Source of the DNA: an uncultured Nitrospiraceae bacterium
GTDB taxonomy: Bacteria; Nitrospirota; Thermodesulfovibrionia; Thermodesulfovibrionales; UBA6898
DNA length: 64,000 nucleotides
Direction: 5' to 3'
Assembly (NCBI GenBank): GCA_963811165.1
Contig: CAWEQH010000010.1
Coordinates: forward strand, 544,001 to 608,000
How positions within the stretch are numbered: position 1 is the first letter of the stretch; every line of letters starts with the position of its first letter. Below, piece after piece: positions 51,321 through 59,509 of the stretch. The notes under the pieces are model-generated. The model had not been told where the DNA came from. It worked only from the letters and a program-made list of their open reading frames with translations, and searched no databases. The position numbers were made by a program, and so were the translations under genes.

Positions 51321-51775
51321 TAGCCGATGACCTCAAGGCCGAAATCGATATTGGCATAGAATCGATTGAAACCGCACTGGAAAAGCTTGCCGCTTTGTAC
51401 GTTGATGTGGGAACACGCAGACCTACCGTCCGGGAGAAGACCGCTGCCGCGACTTTCTTGGCCCAGTTCTATGGTGGCATAGAAAACATCCTTAAGCGCA
51501 TCAGTTTATTCCATAACATGCCTATTCCGACCGGCAAGACTTGGCAAATGGACTTATTTAAACGATTTTGCATTCCTTCTTACCGCTCGCTTCCAGAGTT
51601 GATTGATGAATTTCTTGCATCAGGTTTGTCTCCCTACCGCAGGTTCAGACACGTTTTTCACCATAGTTACAGCTTTGAGTTGGAGTGGGAAAGGATGAAA
51701 GAGGGCATAGAAAGGGCCCCTCATCTATTTGTTTGTTTTAAAGAGACGGTGTTGAAGTATGCACAAGACTTATAA
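51317..51775 (+). CDS. HEPN (HepT-like) ribonuclease toxin
   Basis: FYGGIENILKRI, RFRHVFHHSY (R-X4-H); ATGA overlap with MNT. Confidence 0.85.
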   Translation: MIADDLKAEIDIGIESIETALEKLAALYVDVGTRRPTVREKTAAATFLAQFYGGIENILKRISLFHNMPIPTGKTWQMDLFKRFCIPSYRSLPELIDEFLASGLSPYRRFRHVFHHSYSFELEWERMKEGIERAPHLFVCFKETVLKYAQDL

Positions 51776-51854
51776 AGAGACATAGCAGAGATGGCAAGAA
51801 ATAAAGTTGGGCGACTATTGAGCTTCGATCCCTTTACTAAAAAAAAGTACGACA

Positions 51855-51885
51855 GTGAAACTCCCCGCTTACAAAGCGGGGTATT
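51855..51885. repeat. Short GC-rich palindrome (REP/IS200-end-like or terminator)
   Basis: gtgaaactCCCCGCTT-aca-AAGCGGGGtatt. Confidence 0.4.
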
Positions 51886-52066
51886 CTGCAGGAATTTCAT
51901 AAAAAACTTACCTTTTTATAAATCTTTTCGGAGCCATTAATAGTGGAAGAACGACGTCATGAACGTGATCTGATTCTTGATCTCATATCGGTGAATATCC
52001 TTATTTGCTTAAGATCGAGGAGAAAGCTTGAAACGAAACATTTTACCCGAATGGTAAAAGAATGGC

Positions 52067-52771
52067 ATGTTACATGATAACGGACTAATTCTGTTGATCG
52101 AAGATGAGCCGCAGATTCGGCGCTTTCTTCGCGTTACCTTGCCAGCCCACGGTTATCGGTTAATTGAGTCTGACACAGGAGAAGAGGGACTGCAGCGGGC
52201 GACAAACCGCAATCCCGATATCGTCCTTCTCGATCTTGGGTTATCAGATATGGACGGGATCGAGGTGACGAAAAGGTTTCGCGAGTGGAGTGAGGTGCCG
52301 ATCATAGTCATTTCGGCGCGGGAGCAGGAAGAGGACAAGATCAAAGCGCTTGATGCGGGTGCTGACGACTATCTCACCATACCATTTGGAGCCGGAGAAC
52401 TGCTCGCTCGAATACGAGTAGCCCTCCGCCACAGGGCCATACTCCAGTCAGGACAAAAAAAAGCTGAATTCACTCTGGGTGACCTCAGGGTGGATCTTGC
52501 AAACAAACAGGTATTTCTGAAGAATGGGGAGATTCATTTGACACCCACAGAATATCGGCTCTTGCTAGTTTTGATTAAAAACGCCGGCAAAGTTGTACCC
52601 CATATTCAGTTTCTGGAGGAAGTGTGGGGGCCATCTTGTGCTGGTCGGACTGAGTTCGTTCGTGTATACATGGCGGGACTTCGGCACAAGCTCGAGGAAG
52701 ACCCTGCGCACCCAAAGTTTTTGATAACCGAACCGGGTATTGGCTACAAGCTGAAGTTGGTGTTGATGTAG
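52067..52771 (+). CDS. kdpE: KdpE-like OmpR-family response regulator (orphan, conserved Lys lost)
   Basis: IEDEPQIRRFL, LDLGL, REWSEVPIIVISAR..EEDKIKALDAGADDYL, LRHKLEEDPAHP..ITEPGIGY. Confidence 0.85.
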   Translation: MLHDNGLILLIEDEPQIRRFLRVTLPAHGYRLIESDTGEEGLQRATNRNPDIVLLDLGLSDMDGIEVTKRFREWSEVPIIVISAREQEEDKIKALDAGADDYLTIPFGAGELLARIRVALRHRAILQSGQKKAEFTLGDLRVDLANKQVFLKNGEIHLTPTEYRLLLVLIKNAGKVVPHIQFLEEVWGPSCAGRTEFVRVYMAGLRHKLEEDPAHPKFLITEPGIGYKLKLVLM

Positions 52772-53321
52772 CACATGTTTAGTTGATTATAGTAAACGAT
52801 GTTAATCTGAAGGACCAGAAGACGTGCATGGTTAAGTCGCAGGTCAGCGCTTGCTCGATGATGAGAACATGGAGGGAAACAAACATTCGGGGTTAACCCT
52901 TCATTCCGTAATCGTGACCCATCGGCCAACATGCAAAAACAAGACTTGTGGCTGTAAGTAAGATTTTGAAATCGTACCCGCTGGCGTTTCTTTCTGGATG
53001 TACATCGCAAATTTCATCTCAATGCAGGTATGCATGTTTGTATGAGCTATCGTGTGTCAGCTAAAAGCAAGCCGGTGAGAGTTAGCCGGGTGGAACAGAC
53101 AAAGGGACGGTGCATGGTACGAGGAAAAACGTGGACGCTGGCCTTGTTAACTGCTGCGGTCTGTTCCCTTGCCACCCCTGGCAATCTAACGCTGGAATAG
53201 GTGGCCGGATTCGCCGGAATCTCCAGCAATTACTGAGAGTCAGACCATCCAGGAGAAAAGTGTCTCTAAAAGAAATGTTTTTGAGACAAATAGCACATGG
53301 AGGTTAAGTCAAAAGGTGTTA

Positions 53322-53594
53322 TTACTGACGAAAAAGGTCTGAATGGCTTCCGGTCCTCTCAAAGTAAATTGTATCTCCTGCTACTCGATAGATCAAAACC
53401 CAATCAGGTTCTATGTGGCAATCCCGTGAGTCTTTAAACTCCCCTGTTAAAGGGTGGTCATTGTGCTTCGGGTCAAGTGACTCCTGCTTTTGGAGCTTCC
53501 GCATGATTTTGCGGAGTTTCTCAATTTCCTTATGCCGCTTTTGCATCCTTTTGTAGTCTCTCTCAAATTTGGTAGTAGTTTGGATTTTGAGCAC
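53322..53594 (-). CDS. yafQ: YafQ-family mRNA interferase toxin
   Basis: DHPLTG...RDCHIEPDWVLIY..RTGSHSDLF. Confidence 0.92.
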   Translation of the reverse strand: MLKIQTTTKFERDYKRMQKRHKEIEKLRKIMRKLQKQESLDPKHNDHPLTGEFKDSRDCHIEPDWVLIYRVAGDTIYFERTGSHSDLFRQ

Positions 53595-53854
53595 TACTTC
53601 CCCATTTTATCGAAGAACTCATCAAGGTTATTGTGGGAATGCATTTCTTTCCCCTGGCGAGACTTCCGAAGCGTTTCCGCTGTCTCTTTATTCGGCAGCT
53701 CGACATTGAAGGGAAGCCCCCTTCTCAAAATAACCTGTCTGTAGAAAAGGGTGATCGCTTCTGTGCTGGACAATCCCAGCTTTTTTAAAATACCCTCCGC
53801 TCCTTCCTTTAAGACCGGCTCTACTCTTGCCCTTATAGTTTCTGTCTTCGCCAT
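53594..53854 (-). CDS. dinJ: RelB/DinJ-family antitoxin
   Basis: KTETIRARV..K..AE.IL..LGLS...AI.LF..Q....GLPF..PN.ET. Confidence 0.9.
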   Translation of the reverse strand: MAKTETIRARVEPVLKEGAEGILKKLGLSSTEAITLFYRQVILRRGLPFNVELPNKETAETLRKSRQGKEMHSHNNLDEFFDKMGK

Positions 53855-54155
53855 GCCTATTATCTCCTTTCTTGTTCTATTGTACCCCATATGAGGAGCA
53901 AAATAAAAATTATTTTACGTGCACTTTCTGTACTCCTCATTAAGAGCCCTTGCCCTCGAAGGGAAAGCCGTTCGGTTAAAGGCGGGGCCTTCTTCTTTGA
54001 CAGCATCTCACACACCTCGGACATCTCACTAAGCGTGTTGAATGCCTATAGAAACTGTTTAAAAAGTACCACCCCAAGAAAGTAGAAAGCGAGAAGTCAC
54101 TGGAAAGGAATTTCCGGAGACTTTAAAAAAACGAATAGATCTCTGCCACTGAGTT

Positions 54156-54236
54156 TTAACTTGCCTCCGCGATCTGTATTTCTTCATCACTGAGCCTGTA
54201 GAGCTCATAGACAAGTGTATCAATCTTCCTCCTGAT
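54156..54236 (-). pseudogene. C-terminal fragment of a type IIG-like restriction-modification protein
   Basis: Reads IRRKIDTLVYELYRLSDEEIQIAEAS*, matching the ID.LVYELY.L..EEI..E tail of such enzymes. Confidence 0.6.
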
Positions 54237-54290
54237 AATGACACACCTACTCTCATAATAAGTTCGATCTTTATCAGTTACGGATTCCCT

Positions 54291-55144
54291 CTTTTGACGA
54301 TTGCTCCCACAGGCGCAACCAGTCTTCTCCGGGGGAACATCTCCTCGGGGGTCTAGCCGATCCTTTACCTGACAGTGCAGCGTGAGATCAGGGAGACCGA
54401 CGACAAAAAGAGGAAGGTAATTATAGACGACTACGCCTACAGGGTATGGAAGAGCGCAAACGGCAAGGGGAAGGAACCTGAAGTGCTCATCTCCTCACAG
54501 ATACCCGCCAAAGGCCATATCGACATTATGGCTGCCTTCCAGGAATTCTTCGACGCGTCGATCTCGAAAACGATTGTCTTTGACCCCAACACGAGCTTCG
54601 AGGACTTCAGGGACACCTACCTCTACGCCTATGAAAAAGGACTCAAGGGGTGCACGGTTTACCGCGACTCCGGAAAACTCGGCGCCGTGGTAAAGGCCAA
54701 AGACGACGGCTACATCAAGCCGATGGAACTGCCCGGAGAGAGGGTAAAGCGCGCCATCCATGTGGAGATCCCCAACGAGGGCGCGTACGAGGTAGAGGTA
54801 AACGTCGTTGATAACAAGCCTCGCGAGGTCTGGCTGCACGCCCCTGTGGAGCAGAGCGCCGCCGCGCTGATCGAGGCCGTCGTCCGGCTGTCGAGCATCA
54901 TGCTGCGCTGCAACATCAACCCCAGGGACGTCATGAAGCAGCTGAGAAAAGCGAACATGAGTTACGGGAGTGTCAGTAATCCTCTGGCATACATCGAAAG
55001 AGCGCTTCTTAGGGTGATGGGGGCCGTCGGCGTTAAGGATGCTCAGGTGAGCGCGGCATCGAGGTGCCCTTATGCGGAGGAGTGGTCGTCATGGAGGAGA
55101 GTTGCCTGAAGTGTTCCTCCTGCGACTGGAATAAGTGCAGTTGA
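54291..55144 (+). pseudogene. nrdJ: Class II (B12-dependent) ribonucleotide reductase, C-terminal remnant
   Basis: LLTIAPTG.TSLL.GNISSGV*P (TAG at 54354 replaces E), QEFFDASISKT, GLKGCTVYRD; frameshifted terminal zinc ribbon CGG..EESCLKCSSCDWNKCS*. Confidence 0.85.
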
Positions 55145-55301
55145 CAGTGTGAAGACGAGAAGGTATTGGCCGAGGCGACCTGGTACTGCCAAGCTCGCCT
55201 CGGCGTTGCACCCAGAACGCGGCGGGACAACCCATCACAAAGAAGGTTTTGACAAGTGACGTATAAAGAAGTATTCTATATACGTACAAAGGAGGTGCGG
55301 A

Positions 55302-55550
55302 ATGCATACGAAACTTACACTTCGTCTGGACGAGAGACTGATCGAAAAAACCAAGAAAATCGCCAAGGCCCGTAATTTGAGCCTGTCGGAAATGGTTGCC
55401 GGCTTCTTTAAGTCTATTACAGGCAGCTATGGAGAAGAGGATATCTCATCACCCGTTTTGTCCGAGATATCAGGGATTTTGACTGGCAAGCATGGCGCCA
55501 AGACCCTGCGCGGCACATACAAACGGCATATTGAGGAGAAATACCTTTGA
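55302..55550 (+). CDS. DUF6364-like RHH antitoxin
   Basis: TKLTLRLDE.LIE..K..A....SLS.MV..F; ends EEKYL. Confidence 0.8.
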   Translation: MHTKLTLRLDERLIEKTKKIAKARNLSLSEMVAGFFKSITGSYGEEDISSPVLSEISGILTGKHGAKTLRGTYKRHIEEKYL

Positions 55551-55960
55551 AATCAGCTCTCTGCGACGTCAACTTTTTCCTCGACATCTTCCTGAAGCGT
55601 ACGCCCTTTTATTCCCCTGCCGCCAAGCTCTTCGCTAAAATGGAAAGAGGGGAAGTGAAAGGGTATATATGCTCGTTGACCTTTCCAATTCTGTTTTATC
55701 TGCTTTCGAAAGAGATTGGGCGTGTGCAGGCCGCAAAAACCCTTGAGAAGATCAGAATTGTTTTTAGAGTGGCTGCTGTTGATGAAAAGGTTATCGACTT
55801 GTCCCTTGCTTCCGATTTTCAGGACTTTGAAGACGCAGTGCAATACTATGCCGCCATGCAGGCGGGCGTGGTCTGCCTGATCTCGCGCGATAGGGGCGAC
55901 TTTACCGACAAAAGAATTCCCGTGTTGACCCCTGAGGAGTTCCTCGCTATTAAGAGCTGA
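55547..55960 (+). CDS. PIN-domain toxin
   Basis: DVN..LD, DFEDAVQY, SRD..DF, PEEFL. Confidence 0.88.
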   Translation: MKSALCDVNFFLDIFLKRTPFYSPAAKLFAKMERGEVKGYICSLTFPILFYLLSKEIGRVQAAKTLEKIRIVFRVAAVDEKVIDLSLASDFQDFEDAVQYYAAMQAGVVCLISRDRGDFTDKRIPVLTPEEFLAIKS

Positions 55961-56034
55961 AAGGGATCGGCGCTGTTTTAAGATGAGATTGTGAGAGAAG
56001 ATAGATTAAAATGGACGTATAACAGGAGGCGCAA

Positions 56035-56172
56035 ATGATCTCACAGAAAGCCGACTCCAGCCACCATAAGCCTGTGCCGACCATGACGGAATGGGCGATG
56101 ATAGTGTTCGTGATGTTTGCCGGAGTCGGGGCGATTTATTATCTGAGGAGACAAAAAAGAGCCCGAGGATAA
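56035..56172 (+). CDS. 45-aa ORF made almost entirely of an IPTL-CTERM-type sorting signal
   Basis: AGGAGG SD; MISQKADSSHHKPVPTMTEWAMIVFVMFAGVGAIYYLRRQKRARG. Confidence 0.6.
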   Translation: MISQKADSSHHKPVPTMTEWAMIVFVMFAGVGAIYYLRRQKRARG

Positions 56173-57031
56173 ACAAACTTTATAAAATAATCTCTTCAGG
56201 GCTGGGAATAGGACTCGCCCTTTTTTCCCGCGGTGCGCCTAATTATTTCTTTTTTTCGTCGAAAGTCCATAATACATTTCCGGTGAAACCACAATAAACT
56301 TTCTGCTCTTTGTTATGGCTGCTTTATGATGGAAGAGCCACTATGTTCGCGTTGATTTCAGGAGGCAATTTCGTTGGCAGTGGAGCTTCTTCTTTCGTCT
56401 TGATTACGACATGAAGTCTGTTCATAGGAGTTGGAACGTTTGGACCTGATTTTGTGAATGTCTCAAAGTCCTGGTAGGAAGGAGTGTCGGTGCCTTCCGA
56501 CATTCTCAGCAGGTTGCGGGGTAAAGCCTTACAGACTTTTCCAAGGATTGTATAATTGCAGTCTAAGATATAAAAGCGTGTGCCAAGAAAATTGCCAGAG
56601 GATTTTGAAGGAAACGATCTCTCACATTTGTGCCATTCTTCTCAGTTCAACGAAAGAACGGGACAACTCCTATGTAAAATTTGAGAGGTGGTTCGAAGTT
56701 GATTAATCAATCAATTTTCAATTACGGCAGTCCAAGCATCTCCTTTCAGACCGTAGCCTTCGAAGATTGCCCGCCGCCTGTCTCGAGTTCCAAAAAAGGT
56801 GTGTCCGTCCGGGACCGAGCCCCGATCTCGCTCGATCAGGTTTAGAGCGCGTGACGGAATCGTCCCTTACTGGTTATCCTTTAGTAATTCAAGTAATAAG
56901 CTTGCCCCTCGCCCCACCCGATTTGGATACACTATTCCTCGCCGGTCCTGAGGTCCGCATTTTTCGGGTAGATATTCTGGACACCTGAACGCCAGGATCA
57001 CGGCAAAGGAGTGAGAAATCAGACCCGATTG

Positions 57032-57293
57032 TCACGTTTTCTTCACGTTAGTAAGGTTGTTAATACATAAGGGCCGTGATTCATAATAACCAATTACACG
57101 GAGGTGCCAGAGTGGTATTTCACGTTTTGTTCACGTTGGTGAGGTTGTTAATACATAAGTCCTTGATTTATAATAACCAATTGCACAGAGGTGCCAGAGC
57201 GGTATTTTCACGTTTTTTTCACGTTGGCGAGGTTGTCAATACGTAAGCCTTTAATTTATAATAACAATTCACGGAGAGGTGCCAGAGCGGTTG
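57032..57293 (+). repeat. Three tandem ~88-bp units (paired TCACGTT sites + IHF-like site/promoter + tRNA 5' fragment)
   Basis: Units 57032-57119, 57120-57207 and 57208-57293 align along their whole length; each ends in GAGGTGCCAGAG(C/T)GGT. Confidence 0.95.
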
Positions 57294-57362
57294 AATGGGA
57301 CGGTCTCGAAAATCGTTGTGGGGGCAACCCCACCCAGGGTTCGAATCCCTGCCTCTCCGCCA
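57273..57362 (+). tRNA. tRNA-Ser(CGA)
   Basis: Acceptor stem GGAGAGG/CCTCTCC, anticodon loop CT-CGA-AA, long variable arm, GGTTCGAATCC T-loop, encoded CCA. Confidence 0.97.
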
Positions 57363-57470
57363 GTCCTCAGCCGGCTCCCCGCAAATATGACAACCCGTAA
57401 TCAAAGACTCCTTTTTTGAGGCGTGCTTCATATTTCAGCGGCCGACAGCAAGAAGAATGCTGTGAGATTA

Positions 57471-57499
57471 TTGACAACGCGACAGTGTTGCATTAAGAT
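57471..57499 (+). promoter_or_regulatory. Sigma70 promoter overlapping a putative Zur box
   Basis: TTGACA-N17-TAAGAT; imperfect palindrome ACGCGAC-agt-GTTGCAT resembles the ATGCAAC-N3-GTTGCAT deltaproteobacterial Zur motif. Confidence 0.65.
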
Positions 57500-57505
57500 A
57501 CTGTA

Positions 57506-57940
57506 ATGCATGATAAGGAAAAAATCCTGCAGACATTAAAGGGCGGTGGACACCGCATTACCAAAGCCCGCTCTGCAATAATCGATTTATTGCTGCACGC
57601 CAAACAGCCCTTATCCTCCCCGGGCATCTGCACCGCGCTTAACGGTGAGGGTCTTACCTGTAACCGTGCGACGGTGTATCGCGAATTGATCTTTCTTGCT
57701 TCACATAATGTAGTTCGCCGGGTACTCTTTGCCGGGAAGGCCACCCATTACGAAATCAATTCCGGTCACCACCACCACCTTGTCTGCATAAAGTGCAACT
57801 CCGTGAAAGATGTGCTCCTGGGGAAACATTTGGAAAATCACGAGAGGCGTATTTATGAAAAGGAAAGATTCAAGGTATTTTCTCATTCCCTCGAATTTTA
57901 CGGGGTCTGTAATGCGTGCAGCGGGAAGCAGGGAATATGA
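57506..57940 (+). CDS. zur: Fur-family regulator, probably Zur
   Basis: RITKAR, RATVYR, HHHHLVC.KC, FYGVCNAC; heads znuCBA. Confidence 0.85.
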   Translation: MHDKEKILQTLKGGGHRITKARSAIIDLLLHAKQPLSSPGICTALNGEGLTCNRATVYRELIFLASHNVVRRVLFAGKATHYEINSGHHHHLVCIKCNSVKDVLLGKHLENHERRIYEKERFKVFSHSLEFYGVCNACSGKQGI

Positions 57941-58698
57941 ACAGTGCAGCTCCTATCGTATCCGTAAGAAATCTGTACTTCAGCTATGGGCCGGTCGAGG
58001 TGCTCTCCGATGTAGGGTTTGACATTGAAAAGGGTGACTATATCGGTCTGGCCGGACCCAATGGGGCGGGCAAAACAACGCTGGTCAAAACGGTTCTCGG
58101 ACTATCGGAAAAATTCAGGGGGAATATAAAACTGTTCGGTCGGGACCTGAAATCTTTTCACGCCTGGGGACGCATCGGATATCTTTCTCAGAGAGTGACC
58201 GCTTTCAATCCGCTTTTTCCCGCGGCCGTAAAAGAAGTGGTCGGGTTGGGATTGCTGTCTCAAAAGGAATTTCCAAGAAGATTTACCCAAACAGACGGCG
58301 CTAAAATCAGACAGTCGCTTGCGTTAATGGGAATCTCCGATCTCGAAGATAAGCCGGTCAGCGATCTTTCCGGTGGTCAGCAACAGAGGGTTTTCCTCGC
58401 CAGGGCACTGGTTTCCAATCCCGAACTTCTCATCCTTGATGAACCCGGCACCGCCCTGGACCCGCAATCACGAGAAGATTTTTTCGAGTTTATAAAAAAA
58501 CTCAACCGCGACAAGGGGATCACGATTATACTGATCACCCATGACACCGCCCAAATCGGCCAGTATGCAAATAAGCTCCTCTACATGGATAAGAAGGTCG
58601 TCTTCTATGGAAGTTTTTCAGACTTCTGCCGGTCGACCGAAATGCACCAATACTTCGGCCATTTTTCCCAACACTTAATTTGCCATCAGCACCAGTGA
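57937..58698 (+). CDS. znuC: Zn/Mn ABC transporter ATPase
   Basis: [22 protein letters not shown]; His-rich end. Confidence 0.88.
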   Translation: MNSAAPIVSVRNLYFSYGPVEVLSDVGFDIEKGDYIGLAGPNGAGKTTLVKTVLGLSEKFRGNIKLFGRDLKSFHAWGRIGYLSQRVTAFNPLFPAAVKEVVGLGLLSQKEFPRRFTQTDGAKIRQSLALMGISDLEDKPVSDLSGGQQQRVFLARALVSNPELLILDEPGTALDPQSREDFFEFIKKLNRDKGITIILITHDTAQIGQYANKLLYMDKKVVFYGSFSDFCRSTEMHQYFGHFSQHLICHQHQ

Positions 58699-58699
58699 T

Positions 58700-59509
58700 A
58701 TGAGCCTACTTCATTATCTTAGCTATACATTTATCCAGAGGGCTTATCTGGCCGGCTCGTTCATAGCGGTGCTATGTGCGATGCTCGGACTGTTTCTGGT
58801 CCTGAGAAAATTATCTTTGATCGGCGACGGCCTTTCCCATGTGAGTTTCGGCGCTATTGCACTTGGCCTATTTTTAGGTCTTTATCCTTTCTATGTTGCC
58901 GTTCCCTTGGTTCTGATCGCATCGTATTTCATCCTAAAGCTGACTGAAAAGGCGAAGATGTACGGCGACGCTGCCATAGGCGTCGTCTCGTCTCTGAGTA
59001 TTGCAGGCGGTGTCATCCTGGCCAGCCTGTCAAAGGGTTTTAATGCTGATCTGTTCAGTTATTTGTTCGGCAATATTCTTTCTATCAGCAAACAGGAAGT
59101 GTACTTATCGCTGGGGATGTCTCTGGCAGTGTTAGTGGTCATTGTCTTGCTCTATAACGATTTATTTTCGGCCACCTTTGATGAGGAATACGCCAGGATT
59201 ACCGGCATTCAAACCGAACGCCTGCATCTCATACTGACCTCTCTGACCGCTGTTACGGTAGTGCTTGCGGTGAAAGTGGTAGGCATTATGCTGGTGTCGG
59301 CCCTTCTCATATTGCCGGCTGTTACCGCCTTACAGATTGCCAAGGGATTTAAGGCCGCGATGTTGATCGCAATTTCGGTTTCGGTTATTTCCGTCCTGAT
59401 AGGGATTACCACGTCATTTTTTTTGGATCTGCCGGCCGGTGCAACCATAGTCATGATCAATGTGATGCTATTTATCGTCACTTTGGCAATTAAGAAATTT
59501 TTTTTATGA
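58700..59509 (+). CDS. znuB: Zn/Mn ABC transporter permease
   Basis: SLIGDGLSHV, YLFGNIL, VVGIMLVSALLILP. Confidence 0.88.
   Translation: MSLLHYLSYTFIQRAYLAGSFIAVLCAMLGLFLVLRKLSLIGDGLSHVSFGAIALGLFLGLYPFYVAVPLVLIASYFILKLTEKAKMYGDAAIGVVSSLSIAGGVILASLSKGFNADLFSYLFGNILSISKQEVYLSLGMSLAVLVVIVLLYNDLFSATFDEEYARITGIQTERLHLILTSLTAVTVVLAVKVVGIMLVSALLILPAVTALQIAKGFKAAMLIAISVSVISVLIGITTSFFLDLPAGATIVMINVMLFIVTLAIKKFFL

Larger units (their letters stand above)
40135..57293. mobile_element. Genomic island integrated at the 5' end of tRNA-Ser(CGA); no intact integrase
   Basis: 22-bp flanking direct repeat; TCACG-pair motif near both ends; accessory cargo, three TA pairs and several pseudogene fragments. Confidence 0.85.

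Noticed and set aside
53050..53100. Group II intron 5' end
   Set aside because: Only a loose GTGTG..GGTGAGAG resemblance; no domain V/VI and no RT
54354..54356. TAG as pyrrolysine or read-through in nrdJ
   Set aside because: The gene is also truncated and frameshifted, so a plain nonsense mutation (GAG>TAG) is simpler
57032..57293. CRISPR array
   Set aside because: Units are similar over their whole length with no unique spacers, and no cas genes are present
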